A stretch of DNA of 64,000 bases from Massalongia carnosa (Eukaryota): positions 1,798,001-1,862,000 of the forward strand of contig OZ287074.1 in the NCBI GenBank assembly GCA_965645245.1, given 5' to 3'. Below the pieces are notes generated by a model, which was not told the origin of the DNA, did no database searches, and worked only from the letters and a program-made list of their open reading frames with translations. This document shows, piece after piece, positions 1-13,683 of this stretch (within the stretch, counting starts at the first letter, position 1; each line of letters begins with the position of its first letter). Made by a program: the position numbers and the translations under genes.

Positions 1-1194
1 GCGCTTGTCGCGATGGCGCGAACGAGCTGAAGCGAAGTCTCGCTCCTGAGGAAACTCGCGCTTGTCGCGATGGCGCGGATGGACCGAACCGAGCTCCCGT
101 TGGCGATGAACCGGGCCTCTACTAGCTTCAGGCTGGTGGATGTTCTCAAGAAAAGGGGGCACAGTAGTGATCCTCCTCCGATGTGACGGGAATTTAGGGC
201 GGGTGGGTTCAAAGTTTCGGTTTTTCCCACCAGAGCTATGCTCGACAACCTCAACTGCGTGCTGCAATATGGAGCCTAACTCAAGAAGCTTCTCTGAGAT
301 TCCATCGGATTCAGCATCAGATCCCCCATTGCTGGACGCTATAGAGGTTACGTGCAACTGAAGGTAAGACATTGCGTTTTCAATAGTCTCACGCAGGAAT
401 TTGGCTGCTAGAGTGCGGCGATAACAGTCTTGGTTGTACACCTGGAACTCTTGACGCGCGGTTACGTAAAAACCCCAAAGCCGAAGGAAATTGGTATCTG
501 TATCTAGATTGATACCTTCCGCTGGCAAGGGGGGTTCGCCAGAGCTATTTTTCACACGAGTGTGATTGATGGCTCCAGAGAGTACGGGCAGCGCGTGCTG
601 AGGGCTAGTCTCCGATCCCGAAGAAAGAAAGAGCTCATCTATTTCTGCTAGATTGCGAATATCCTGGGATTTGCGAATCGCTGCATAATCCAAATCAGTC
701 AAGGTATCGCGGCCTTGAGTTAGTTGTGGCTTCGTCTGATCACTACTAGTTGGATCTATCCATATAGGAGGAAAAATTAGCAAAGAAACCCGAGTTTAGT
801 GCGATTCTATGTCATGCATACCAATCAATAAATATTCTTTTGCTTTAATTGCGGTTGCTAGAAATTCTTCTGTATCTGTAGGGGCAACAATCCTGAAACC
901 AATGATCTCGTCCAAGTAGAGCTCGATGGCTCCTGTACGGTTCTCTTCATCTCCCATTAAGATGATAAAAGCTTTCTGTATAATGCTGACCTCGTGGTCC
1001 TCAAGGCGATAGGAACGTCCACGAAGCATCCTAAGATCGTGGGCAAGGATCTTGTCAAAAGTCTCCCCATCCTCAGGGGTACTATAGAGGCGAGATACCG
1101 CAGGATGAAGAACCTCAATTGTGCGATAATAATTGATTATATCTCTGACACGGATTTCACCATCTTGCATTGTTGCGTAGGGGAACGGATCCAT
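1..1194 (-). CDS. Conserved fungal hypothetical protein, 2 exons, 3' end runs off the window
   Basis: Exon 1 is 1194..822 (MDPFPY...KEYLLI). Intron 821..756 has GTATGC...CTAAT...TAG. Exon 2 (755..<1) stays open (DPTSSDQ...FLRLWGFYVTARQEF...AAKFLRETIENAMSYL...SGGKNRNF) and is absent from the ORF track because it has no stop in the window. Confidence 0.7.
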
Positions 1195-1859
1195 CCTGGT
1201 GGACGACCTACTGTGATCGTAAACTGGACTATCCTTATTCGAAGTCGATGAAGATATAGTTTAGTCACCAGGACAGTCTCTTTCAGGGTGAGTTTATATG
1301 CTAGACAAAGACGAAGAAAGATTGCACATCACTGATGAGCGACTGAGATTATTAGGTAATTATAGATCTTTCACGCGGTTCATTGCAATCGCTGAATGAT
1401 TATCTTCGCGTTTTTCCTTCAATTGATCCGGTGACATCTAGGGGGGTTTTCCAGGCCGACGCCGGCGCTAGCGTGATGTCTGGCTAAACATAACATAAGT
1501 AGCGTTATTATCTTAAATAGCTTCCTCTCGAGTCCCGGACCTCAGCGTGGCTGCCTTTGGTCTCTCGTAAGAGCATGATAACGTGGCAATCTTAACAGTT
1601 ATCCTACTTTGGCCAGCATACCGACAGACTCCTACCGCAGCTACATTAACTCGGGATGGTATGGCTAAAGAAATCATAGTCATTGTGAATGCATTGGTGA
1701 CTAGAACAAAACTCCCGAAAGCAGTGCTACAAACGAAATCGATGGAAGTAATATATATTCTTGTAACACATGGGAGAAAGCAACGGGGGGTGGTATCCTC
1801 CAGAAACTCCGATCTCATAATACATAATGAAAGGAAGGCCTAGCGTAACCTCTCGATAT

Positions 1860-2582
1860 CTAGGATTTCAGACTTGTTGTTGAGATAGCTTTGGCGAAGT
1901 AGTATGTCGTTGAGAGGCTAGCTAATATCACGAGCTGAGCTAGAGTATTCGCTATTCCTAGAAGTTTAATAGCTTGCTGCAAGATCATTAGCGGCGCACG
2001 CTCACACAAGTAATAGAAGCTTCTTACCTGCTCATTGCAAGTTGAAGCATAGCTAACAATTACATTGGTAGGACTATCCTTCCGCCGACAAGACCACTTG
2101 AGGATATCCGTTTTCGGAGCCTTTTCGGATTCATGCTGGATTGCATCTCCCGCAAACCATAAGCCCAAAATCACGACGCTCATAGCTATCGAAACAACCT
2201 CAAAGACGGAGATGTTGCCAGAGTTACGTCGCAGGAATGTGTAAATAGATGATGCGAAGGAACAGGCTAGGCTCAGAGATGAAACAGCCAAGAAGAAGTA
2301 TGCTGGTCGAAGATTCAGATCGGTGGGCCAGGAGGCAATGCTGCCGTTAAATTTGATGTTTCGCGTGCCGGAATAGCTGTGGAGTGAATGGGAAGCCAGA
2401 CCGATGATGACGATGGAAAATAGTACCACGACCAAATGCACTGATATGCCCAAATATCTAGGCCACCTGGGCAGGGCGCGTGGGGCTTCGCTTGATTTTG
2501 AAAGGCCATTTTCTTGTTCTCCAAGGGTCATCGAGCCAGCGCACTCTTGGAGGTGGTCCTTTTCGTTGGTATTGAGGGACAT
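1860..2582 (-). CDS. Four-TM integral membrane protein (MARVEL-like fungal family)
   Basis: The likely ATG is at 2582 (MSLNTNEK). There are four hydrophobic segments and a WSC...C motif before the last TM. A probable in-frame GTAAG...CAG intron lies at about 2027..1977. Confidence 0.65.
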   Translation of the reverse strand: MSLNTNEKDHLQECAGSMTLGEQENGLSKSSEAPRALPRWPRYLGISVHLVVVLFSIVIIGLASHSLHSYSGTRNIKFNGSIASWPTDLNLRPAYFFLAVSSLSLACSFASSIYTFLRRNSGNISVFEVVSIAMSVVILGLWFAGDAIQHESEKAPKTDILKWSCRRKDSPTNVIVSYASTCNEQVRSFYYLCERAPLMILQQAIKLLGIANTLAQLVILASLSTTYYFAKAISTTSLKS

Positions 2583-4049
2583 TGAGAGAAAAATGAAACA
2601 GAAAAATTTGATGAGAAAAGGAAACCGGAAACCAAAAAGGAAATGACAAGAGCAAAGAGATTCGTTATTGCAAAGCTTGAAAGTGAATGGAGGTGAAGAC
2701 TTGGCTTCGAGGCAGAAGACGTCCATAATGAATGAAAATCCATTTGGTGAAAAGTTCATGGGACCGTCTGACGCTGAGAATGACACAACAAGTTGCAACT
2801 ATATCCAAATTCATGCTATTTGAAACATTCTAAAAAGAGAAGCTTACGGCCAATGGATTCAGGACCCCTGATATGGCCCCTGACGTTTGACGGCTATATT
2901 TGGACATACATCGCGGGGAAACGGAAAAATGAAAATCCGTAGGCGAAAATAACCAGCCGAAGTCAATGGCGCCGTTCTATTTCTGATAGCGCTAACCCAA
3001 ACATGATGACCTTCGATTGACTTTCGTAGCGAGAATATGATTCGCAACAGCGGAAATTGCTATGACGACGGAAAAGTTTGAACTTGGCAGAAGATGGACA
3101 GTATGAGCTTGGCAACTCAGACAGGCTGTTACGTCTTGAATTGTCTTGACCGCGATTGCGGAGGGAAAAGCCAACAGAACTCGCTGACTTAATAACGTGA
3201 AATGGTCAGACATGAACAACAACAATCTTGCTAGCTCAAATCTACTAGCTTAACACGGAGAGACATATATCTTGGTGAGCGAGCTTCTTTATAAAACCCC
3301 ATGTACTATTTCTGCTAGCATTTGAAACGTATTACCTTTGTGTTTATCTAGACTCCTTTATATATTGATTTCTTTGACCTCTTGGACTCGGAACGAAGTA
3401 ACAGTACTCTGTATACTCGCGAGTGAAGTCCTATTGGTCAAATTCTTTATGAGTGCTCTAAGCCATGCTGTCAGCCAATGAGGCCTGCAAAGCCTCGCAG
3501 ATTGTACTTTCCTTCTCTACTTCGATGGTTTGACCATGATTCATGTCCCTGGTGTTGGATTGGCTTTGTGATTATGTCTTTTCGTTCTTTGTTTTATTTT
3601 CCGCCATGGTGAGCATCCCAGCCCTGCATCTGAGCTTGCAGGTATTGCCTTTTTCACTTTGTACGCAAAACAGAGGCATATTTAAGGTGATACGTGAATA
3701 TATCTAAAATGGAGCCAACATCAAGATTGTAATGTCCATACTACTGGGCTCTGTAAATGGTGATGATTCTCGGTTCACACATTGCAGTCTCCAAGGTGTT
3801 TCCGAAATAGGCAGGGTTCAACAATTCATCTCCTAAACCCTAAGCAGGTTTCGCTTAAGTCTCTCTTAGTCCGACATCAGCCCTTTGGGTTTCTTATTTT
3901 TCATCTTGCCTCTTGCATCTTGCACATTTGCATCCAGCGCATCGAATCTTGCCTCATACTTTATCTTTTGTTCAAACCAAGCTTGTACACTCATGATACT
4001 TCGTGTCTAAATACATCACGTAACCAGCTGAACATTCTCGGTCATTACA

Positions 4050-7000
4050 ATGCTGAGATCATCGCTTTGTTTTGTGACTCTTTCTGCTATCCTGGCAGAA
4101 AACTTGATATTCGGAGCTCAGTTATATGGACGTGATTCAACCGAGACACTTCAAACCTCCTACGATTACGTGGTCGTTGGCTGTGGCATTAGCGGGCTAG
4201 TTGTAGCCAACAGATTATCTGAGGATACATTTGTAAGCGTGCTTTGTATTGAAGCCGGGATAGCGTACGTCTTTTGTTTGGCCATACAGATCTATCGACT
4301 TACGTGCTTCAGTGATAACTATGAGGCCTTCATTCAAGATCCAGTCTATGTTGGGGATGATATAGGAGGTGTGTATGACTGGCATCTTACTACAACACCT
4401 CAAACACAGCTGGATGGCGCAACGCGGCCAATACCTCAAGGTAAGGTGCTTGGGGGTGGTAGTATTTTGAATGCCATGTGCTGGAATAGAGGAGGTAGAG
4501 ATGATTATGACGCATGGGAAGCCCTGGGTAATCCAGGATGGAACTGGGAAGGGCTTCTCCCTTATTTCATCAAGGTAAACTCAAGATTCGGGCAGTTTCA
4601 CCATTTGGAAGCCTAGCTAATCCGGCATAGAGCGAGACATATACTCCAGTATCCGAAGACATCGCCAAACAATATTCAATCAACTATAATCTTGCTGTCC
4701 ACGGTACATCTGGCCCAGTCCAAGTCAGCTACCCCAAGTATTTTTACCCACAATCCAGTACGTTCTAAGTCACACATTCTAGCCTTCCCCTAATGTGTAT
4801 TTCTCAGTCAATCTCTTCGCTGGTCTCAATGCCCTCGGTATCCCGACCGAATTCGATCCAAACGACGGTACTAGCGCAGGAGCTGCTTTTGTTCCAACAG
4901 ATATTGATCCAACCAACCAAACTCGCTCGGACGCACGCCGAACATACTTCGATCCAATCAGACAAAGAAAAAACTTCCATGTGATTACAGGACAACACGT
5001 GACCCGTCTGTTGATCGAAAACGTTTCTGCTACCCCTGATATAAGCAATCTAGCGCCTGGTAGTAACGAAAACGGAGATGGCTCTTCGAGTGGGAACAGC
5101 AATGGCTTTGGTTTTGGTCCTGGAGATAGTACTCCACCACTGGAAGGCCAGCAAAATGTTCCTCGAGGGGACTCAGGGCTCAGAATTAAAGGGGTCGAAG
5201 TAAATTATAATCATTCTCTATTGTAACAATAACTCACTGATCTATCCAAGTTTGCAGCTAACGCCTCTGCGTCACGTCAGACCGTGCTGGCAACACGAGA
5301 GGTAATTGTTGCCGCCGGTGCTTTGCATTCTGTACAGCTGCTACAGCTGTCTGGTATTGGATCTGCATCGCTTTTGAAATCCCTTGATATACCTGTGGCA
5401 GTGGATCTCCCTGGTGTTGGTAATAATCTTCAAGACCATTGCCTCGTAGGGACTTTCTATCCATGTAGGGCTCCCCTTGAAGAAAGCCATGTTGAACCCT
5501 GACTGGTATAGATAACAATAACAGCTATCCCTCCCCAACTGAACTTACTACGAACGCAACTTACAATGCCGAGGCCGAACAAGAATATAAATTGCACAAA
5601 ACTGGTGCGCAAACCACGTGTATCTATACACGGTCTTGGGCTGATAAGATTTGTGCAGGCCCTTGGACTGCAGGTTCTCCGAATGCGCTCGCATTTCCTC
5701 CGCTTCCACTTATTAGCAATCGCTCGTCAATCATTCTCAATAATGCTGAAAGCCAAAACCCAACGAAGTATCTTATTCCGGGCCTTGATCCTTCGATTGT
5801 CGCGGGTTACAAACTCCAGAAACAATCTCTAGTCCAAAGGTTGGCTCAGAAGACAGTTGCTGCTTATGAGATTATCAACAACAATGCAGGAAGCTTAACG
5901 GTTTCCGTCATGCATCCATTCTCTCGAGGAACCTGTGCCATCCGCTCCCCTGACCCGTTTGAGCCCCCTGTAATTGATCCTCGATGGCTTTCCAATCCCG
6001 TTGACAGGCAGATCTTGATTGAAGCGCTATTGTTCAATCGAAGGCTTCTTGCGACACCTCCGATGCTTTTGTTGCAAGCTGCTCAATTCGTCCCGCCTAT
6101 TGAGGCTAATGAAGACGCTCTAAATCAAATCATTGACAATGGAATACGAACTGAATTTCACCCCAGCGGGACATGTGCAATGTTGCCGCTGGAACAAGGG
6201 GGTGTAGTAGACTCTCATTTGCGAGTCTGGGGCACACAGAATCTTAGAGTTGTGGATGCGAGTATATTCCCGCTTGTGCCAGCTGCGCATTTGCAAGCAG
6301 TGGTTTATGGAGTGGCAGAAAAGGTAGGCATACTTGACAGTTTATTAAAATATGCTAATTTCTTATAGGCTGCCGACATTATCAAGGCCGATAATATTGC
6401 TATGATTCCAAACCGTATAGAACTCCCTCCCTTATATTCTTCTTTATTGACTCAATCAAATCCTTCACCTTTTGTGTTTACAAGTTTAAGCTCAAGCACA
6501 ATAGCCAAAGCCAACGACACTGTTCCGACCACTTCCCTGAGCACATCCTACTTACCTGTACCATCCTCAAGATCTACTAAGGGCTCGGCATTATTTTCGA
6601 CTTTTACAGGAGCTACTTACCCTGTCTCCAACCTTGCGGCCTTGACTAAGTCTAAAAAAAAACAAGAAACCTTCTCAAGCGCTTTGGCACTACCCTCTTC
6701 AGAAATATCGTCAACCATGTCCAAAAGTCTTATTTCCCCGCTCTCGGATACCTTAACATTCATAAAGTCTCCAGCACCCCTGCCACAACAACTTTACTCG
6801 AAATCACTACAAGTCCCGTAACAAACTCAATCGAAACCACCGCCTCTCCCAGCTTGAGTCATTTACCACCTATTCCCGAGCAGCCCCTTTTCACTCCTAT
6901 AGCCGAGATCCTGAATTCTGTCGGTATTCCGTCGTTAGCTGTCAGTTCTCTGATACTCAACCCTGAGGGAGCCATCTTTACATCAGCTGTAGTTTCAACC

Positions 7001-7144
7001 GCCCTTCAGGCATCACCTTCCACAACAGGCTTACAGGCAGACCAGTACAGTCAGCAGCAGTGGGAAAAACAACGATTAGCCATTTCCAATTTCATCAACT
7101 GGCTACTCTCATTCTTCAACGCCTCTCAAGCGCGCGCCTCCTAG
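4050..7144 (+). CDS. Secreted GMC oxidoreductase (AA3_2-like) with Ser/Thr/Pro-rich C-terminal extension
   Basis: The protein has a signal peptide, YDYVVVGCGISG (FAD-binding), GKVLGGGSILN, LPGVGNNLQDH, FHPSGTCAM and LRVVDASIFP. Introns: 4265-4312, 4575-4630, 4758-4807, 5200-5250, 5465-5511, 5605-5658, 6324-6368. The last exon ends at 6821 as written, or at 7144 if one C is missing at 6777-6780. Confidence 0.9.
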
Positions 7145-10100
7145 CGGGCCTTAAAAGAAGTAGCAAATGTAGATTTAAATAGGTTGAGGTGATATATCTC
7201 ATAGTCCATGTTGCTACATACAGCCTTTCTCGGTTTCGTTTGAACTTGCAGGGGAAAAGTTGCTTGGGTCTCTCCCGTTGCTAAGGAGTAGGTTTGCATC
7301 ATGAAAAGATGTGAAGGGAAAAATAATGGCCTGAGAATGGGGTTGAACAGAGATTTCTACGCGCTTTTTCTAGCTTTTCTACTTATTTTGATACCCTGCG
7401 AGCCCTTTACTAAGGCTCTCGTGTCTTAAAAGCAGGTTAGTAGTGTAATCCGAGCATTTTGAGGTGCAGATCTAGCGTGATAGCCACTGTCGTGCTCCTA
7501 CCCAAATATTGAAGTCAAAACTGCGGGCTAAGCCTTTCACCTGCGCGCATCGCGTTTTCTTGCACCACCTACCTACTTTCCCTCCAATATCACCTTCCCG
7601 TACTCTATCTCCAAACTCATCATCCACCTCTTGCCCAATAGTTACTATCTCACCCTCTCCTTCCCAGTTTCAACCCCCCCCTCCCCCCCAACCCGGGCAC
7701 AGGCACTTTCTCCCGTGCTCGCACCTTCTCCAAAAGCTCCCCACATCCATCTAATACCATCAAACCCCCTTCTAGCTCCCAGTTAGCGAGGCTAATCCCT
7801 GTATGCCTAACTCCCCTCCCTTTCTTTGTTAAAAAATCTGCCTCCATTAGCTTCAAGGCGAAGTGTCTCTGCTCCCCCCCCCCCAAAAACCGAACGAGAG
7901 GGGGAAAAGAAAAGACAACGAAACGATAGATTCGGGCAGTAAATCGGGAGCTTAAGGAGCGAGTATGGCAGACAGTATGAATGAATCTATGAATGAATGT
8001 ATGAATGAAAAGAAAAGCTCGTCGCTCAAGCGTGGAAAACTCCATTCTCCTGTCACTTCGTTTCCCCCCTTTTCCCAACCCCCCCAGAAATAAACAGCTC
8101 ACACACAAACCCCATTTCTGCCTCCTTCCCTCCTTCCCCCCTCTCCTCTCAGTTACACTAGGTATTCCGTCTCACTTCCTGTTTCGCCTTCTCCGGTCTA
8201 GACATTCACTCACCAGCTTTCTTGGGGGGGGGGGGGAGACGAAAAAGAACGAACGAACGAACGAACGAGGAACATAGAAATTCTTCTCTAGCCGATTCTT
8301 GTTTCCTTCTTTCTCTTTTGCTTCTCTTCCCGTGTCTCTTTCCCCTCCTTATTTTTCACTCTCGTCGCACATTCCCGTCCCATTTTTCCCCTTTCCGCTT
8401 CACGTCTCGGCAATGTTTTTCTTTCATTAAATGTGTGTGTAAGCGGCGTCCAAACACCCCTTCTTTGTTCACGAAAAAAAGGGGGAGAAGAAGGGAAACG
8501 GGAATGTAAATAGATAGATAGATAGAACCAACAACAAACAGTCCATCAACAAACCAAAAAAACAAAAGCCAAAAAAGACTCTTTTAGAAAAATACATTCT
8601 CACGCGTTTCCTTCTTTTTCCTCCTTCTTCTTCTTCTCCTCCAATTATCTCCGCTTTTCTCTTCCTAGCAAAGCAAGCGAGCAAGTTAGTAGGCATCCCA
8701 AGGATCAGAAAATAGCGAAAACGGAAGCGGAGACAAAAACAACCCCCGTCTAGTAACAACATATGTAACTAAAAGGATTCTAGATGTCTGTTTATTGAAC
8801 ACGTTGCGTGAGTGCGCACGCGCAGAGTGGATGGAGTTGAGATGAATTTGATAAGCTATGAGAAAAACTGGACATGAACATGGAAAAATCGCGAAGAGTG
8901 ATAAATAATAGCATTTGGGGTTTGAGGAAATACCTTGCTCCACAAGATTAGAAATACATATCAGATCTTTTCGAAGCCTTTCCCTATTATATCCCTACAT
9001 ATCTACCTACATATCTACAAACCAGCAAACCAGCAACCTATGTACACCGTTCCCCTTTCTGAAAAAAACCCCCCAAAAAACCAAAATCTTCCTTTTTCAC
9101 AGAAACCGGGTTCCCAAGATATTGGGATTTCATCTACGTATACAGACCCTGTAGTTTTGAAATTAACGAGAGAGAGAGCTTGTGATAATCCCAAGACTAA
9201 AAGGGTACGGAATACTCGAAAGGTTCGATGAAGCTTGAGTTGGGATCAGTCATGTACTCTATATTGCGAAGAACGTACGATTTGGTGAGGCATGGGATGA
9301 ATAAACCAGGGTTAGTTTTGTGTTTTCTGGCATGAAATCCGACGAAACGCATCGGTTCCCAACGTACACATAGAGGAGTCACAGCGTCTAGGATGCATTG
9401 TTAAACCCAAAATCAAAAACGTCAGACGTCAAGAAGGCTGATACTAACTCGAAGCGATCGCACGTGACAGGTGCCAGTTCGCTTGCCGCAACCCCTGACG
9501 GGTCCTGCCGAAAAAGATGCAAGAACACAAGAAGGTTTCCCCTCATTCAGGAAACTTTCGTTCCCTGCCTCACGCTCCTGTCGTCTATCTCGTGGCTTTG
9601 ACGGTTGGGAACGACCACAAAAGCTTATAGCGAGCAGAGTGGAGAGTTTGATGCATTTGAGTACCGAGCCTCATGTTCCGAACCATGTGCTGTTGACAGG
9701 TTTTTCGGAGCGTCCGCCCCTCTTGCATTGCTCGTGGCCCACACACGAACACGAGGGCAGCGAGATCTTCCGTAGCAACCTCCGCCAAATGGGTTGATAA
9801 GCGGCCCATTGACGACAGTCGCTATTCACCAATCTCTCCGTAATCACGTCTAGATCCGTCGTACGTAATGACGCATGCGTGTCCCCTTCGCACAAGACAC
9901 ATGCAGTGCTCAGGATTCGATACAGAATACTCTGTACATAACATAATTATACGGGCCTGCAGCAAGGCGAGATGACTCATCGTTAAATTTTGTGAAGCGT
10001 GCAGGGCGAACGATCCCTTTGCACTCACATCGTGTGTTCCGTTTCCTTGTTTCTTTTTCGTTTTCCTTTTCCTCATCTCTATTTCCGGCTCGGGCCACAC

Positions 10101-11371
10101 CACGTCATTGTTTTCGTTGACCGGTTGCGCATGCAACCGGAAGTTGTTTTGACTGGTGGTGGGATGCGGAACTTTTGGTGGTCGTGCAGCTCCTCTAGAG
10201 CACTCCAGCGTGGCTTGCAGCCTCGCATGCGGTTATTCTGCAGCGCGACCCCTCATTTCATCCCGGTCGGCCAATTGCCTCCTGACTCGCTCGAAGCGCA
10301 CCGCTCTTTTGCCGTCATCGACCAGATGTCCCGTGCTGATAGGTTGGCGTTGGGGATGAGGCGCGGAGAAGATTTGGATGGGGAGTTGCTAGAGTTCATA
10401 GTGCCGCGCGAAACGCTTGCTGCAGGATGGGACGAAGGAGCTGACGGCGGGTTCGATTCAGGTTGAGCGGGTACTCCGTGCTGGGTACAGATACGGAGAC
10501 ACACTATACTCGGTACTCTGGAAGGTGTCGTTGCCTCGTTTCGGGGTCGGTGTGGATTCTCACTTCAATCATCATCTCCACACGAATGACCCCAATCTGG
10601 GTTTTTGACGCGAACACGACGGGATTGGTGGGAAAGGGAATTGGATCCGGACAGATGGGGAAATGATAACAATACATCCCGTAAACTTATCAATTTTGGA
10701 TTTTTACTTATTTATTTTTAATTACTTTTATTCATTTTCCTTCCATGTAGAGTACCATCTCTCTCCATCTCTCTCCATGGCAGCAAGGGGGGTTTCCCAT
10801 CCTAACCCTCCCATTGGCTCCTGGAGTGGCGTCATACTTTCTTTCACTCTCGGTGCGGCCCGGTGTAGCGGTTAATTGCTTCGGGTTAGATTCAAACCGA
10901 TTCGTTTGTTTACTGTTTACTTTGTGCTCTGTACAGCTAGCTTCCATACCGAGGGAAAAGGTTACCCGGACGATTTGTGAGTTGGTCTTCGGCCGTGGGA
11001 TACAGTGTACTGAGAGGACTCTGGTTGTGATGTTCTCCAGACAAAGTCGTCCTCTGCATCGAGATGCAGAGGAGTGATCTGGTTGTTCGGTAACTATGGA
11101 GTGTACTCTGTACTCGTTCGTGCAGGCAGGAGAACCGGTTCCCGTACGAGCAATGCCTACATAAGGCCTAGGGCGAGAAGAGCACGGCTCAGTCGCCAAC
11201 AGAGTACAGGGGACTTGATCCGGAGTATTCTGACTAGATGACAGAGTAGGTAAGGCGTATGGAGTACCGCGTACAGCATACACGATGCGATGTACTCGAT
11301 ACGGGGTATGGTGTACTCCGTACACGGTACTCTCCGTACTCTCTGCAGCACGTGACAGGGAAGCCTCGTGA

Positions 11372-11423
11372 TTCTGCTTCTGCTTCTGCTTCTGCTTCTG
11401 CTTCTGCTTCTGCTTCTGCTTCT
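11372..11423. repeat. (TTCTGC)8 microsatellite
   Basis: Direct reading of the sequence. Confidence 0.95.
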
Positions 11424-12040
11424 TTTCTTCCGCTGCGACTGATTGGGGATTTCGACCACATTACAGAGAACTGAGTACTAATCGATTCCAATGAAGATCA
11501 ATGGCCGGGTACATCCGGCTAGCTCCCTTTCAATGCCTAAGTATGCACTGAGTAAGGTGCTTTGAGTGGTGTCTCGAAGGTGCTTGTTGAGTAGGAGAAT
11601 ACTCCGTACCGAGTACGAAGTACAGATACTCTGTACACAGAGAGTACATACGCCGTACGTACCGATAGATTACCGACCTTACATGTTTCTTTACGGCGAT
11701 GGCGTTTGGTTCACCTCGAACCTGAACCTTCCCCCCCTCCTCCCCCCCACACTCGGTCCCCCCATATCCCTAATCCCAATCTTTAGACCTCAACTCGGAA
11801 CTCAGACACCCTTCAATTCCTCCAACGCTCAGCTCTCCCCCTTCCCCCAACTTTCTCATCATCCCCATCCGCAACCAACCCTCCAATCCTCAACCCTCCA
11901 TTGCTTCCATCGTTCCATGTTGTGGCTCATTTGATGACATTGACGATTTCAACGCCTGGACGTGTGCACGACGCTGACCCGCAACTCGAATCGTCATTTC
12001 ACACCCACCATCCCCGTTATCGCATGTCATCGTTTCGCCA

Positions 12041-13036
12041 ATGGATTCCTTGACCAGTTTTACCCACATCAATGACAGTATACCGGACTGGTTGGCCAGG
12101 CTCGACGACCTAGCCACTCAGGTGGCCGAGCAGCATTCGCGTTTCACCCGACTCACTCACTTCTCCCAAACCAAACTCGCTCGAGTCAAACACGACTCGA
12201 CTGAATCCTTACGACCGAAACACGACGATGACACCGACAACACAGCCATAGCCGCTGCGACCTCAATGCCTCCGGAATACTCGACGCTTCCCCACGCCAA
12301 CCTCGATGGCGTCATGGCTGCCAAAGACGTGCGAAAGCGGAAGCCCGGCTCATCACTCTCCGGGGCTTCCGGACCGCCGCGATATCGGACTCGATCCATG
12401 ATCATCGTCTGGTACGACTCGGCCATTCAAGAAGGCTTCGAGGTCCTCGTCCGCAGCATCGCCACGGCGCGCAACAACCTCCGGAAAGCCAAGACGGCCG
12501 CAAGCTTCAAAGCGCGGATGGCCTCGCTGGGGATGGAAGAAAACCCATTTGCCGCGGCGGGGGACTTTGCAATGCTCAACCCGAAGCTGATGCGGGCAAC
12601 CTTTGAACGGCCGGCCCACCGTGCCTCGAACCCCGCCCAGCCGGGCCACGTCCCTGCCTTTGTCGAAGCCGACAAAGAGCTGGAGACGGCCCAGAGTCTG
12701 TGCGAGGTCGCCGCGCATCAGTTCTTGCGGGATGGAGACTGCACCGAAGAGATCAACGGGGCCAAGGCCCGGTTCGCCGCGTGCCTGCAAATCGCCCAAC
12801 GGGAGATTGACGTGCTCCAGGAGCAGAAACCGCAGGAATCGGCTCCGGAGGACCCGGAAGATCGGGAGGATCCCGTCGTCGAACTAACGCCGATCCCGTT
12901 GAGCGAAAAAGCTCCGGTCTCGACCATCAAACCGATGGGTGTGACCGGCATTGGTTCCATCGAGGTCGACAACGAATCCGACACGAGCTCCGTCCACATT
13001 GATCTATCGGCCTTTCGGCGGCCGAGGAGGGTGTAG
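12041..13036 (+). CDS. Conserved fungal hypothetical protein (331 aa, single exon)
   Basis: GC-rich coding-like ORF with a good ATG context. Conserved-looking blocks include RYRTRSMIIVWYDSAIQ..F..LVR.I..ARN.LRK and LE.AQSLCE.AAHQFLRDGDC. Confidence 0.8.
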   Translation: MDSLTSFTHINDSIPDWLARLDDLATQVAEQHSRFTRLTHFSQTKLARVKHDSTESLRPKHDDDTDNTAIAAATSMPPEYSTLPHANLDGVMAAKDVRKRKPGSSLSGASGPPRYRTRSMIIVWYDSAIQEGFEVLVRSIATARNNLRKAKTAASFKARMASLGMEENPFAAAGDFAMLNPKLMRATFERPAHRASNPAQPGHVPAFVEADKELETAQSLCEVAAHQFLRDGDCTEEINGAKARFAACLQIAQREIDVLQEQKPQESAPEDPEDREDPVVELTPIPLSEKAPVSTIKPMGVTGIGSIEVDNESDTSSVHIDLSAFRRPRRV

Positions 13037-13683
13037 AGGGATGACATGGTCGGTTGTGGATTATGGGATGGCGTTGCGGCAGGGCCTTGGCCGCACCGGC
13101 GCTTTCGAGGTCTTTCTTGGAGAATCTACCCTACGTTTTTTTCTTCTTTTAAAATTGGGTAAATTGGAGAACCGGCCGTCATCATCGTGGGTTGACGCCT
13201 TGCCTCCTAATAATGTTCCAGCTTTCTCCTTGATGGGCATTTGCAGCCTGACGCAGCATGGCCGGCTGGATTTCATCTAAGCGTCGCAGTCGCTGGATGG
13301 AAGAGGCGTTGGATTGATGACCAGGGCAAAATCTTATGAGATACATATCATTCATCACCTATGACCGTTTTGAAATTCTCGTCGCTGCCTGCTTGCTTCC
13401 CTGCGCGTGCGGGATGTGTGGAGGTGCTCTCTAGCTACCAAACCTACCAATGGCGTCGCATGGGATTTCCTCAGCGCTAATCCACCCAGCCAATTCATCT
13501 TCTACCTACCCACCCATTCATCCATCCCTCCATCCCTCCTTCCAGCCAATCTACCTATCCTATGTATTCATATATCTCCTCTCTATCTCCCTGCCTACCT
13601 ACCTACCTATCTTTCCAGCTCTATTCATAATATGTGTGTGTGTGTGTGTGAGTGAGTGAGAGAGAGTCTGTATATGCGTGAAT

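Noticed and set aside
1513..1843. Overlapping ORFs 1513-1818 and 1583-1843
   Set aside because: Short, non-ATG or uninformative, with no family motif. They cannot be supported as genes.
7500..11950. Many 60-200-aa ORFs in the long intergenic region (including SRSRSR/AEAEAE ORFs)
   Set aside because: They are low-complexity or microsatellite-derived, with no recognisable motifs or consistent exon structure.
12157..13047. Antisense/overlapping ORFs on the 12041 gene (and similar shadows on IML1, CSC1 and the copia ORFs)
   Set aside because: These are expected shadow ORFs of GC-rich coding sequence.
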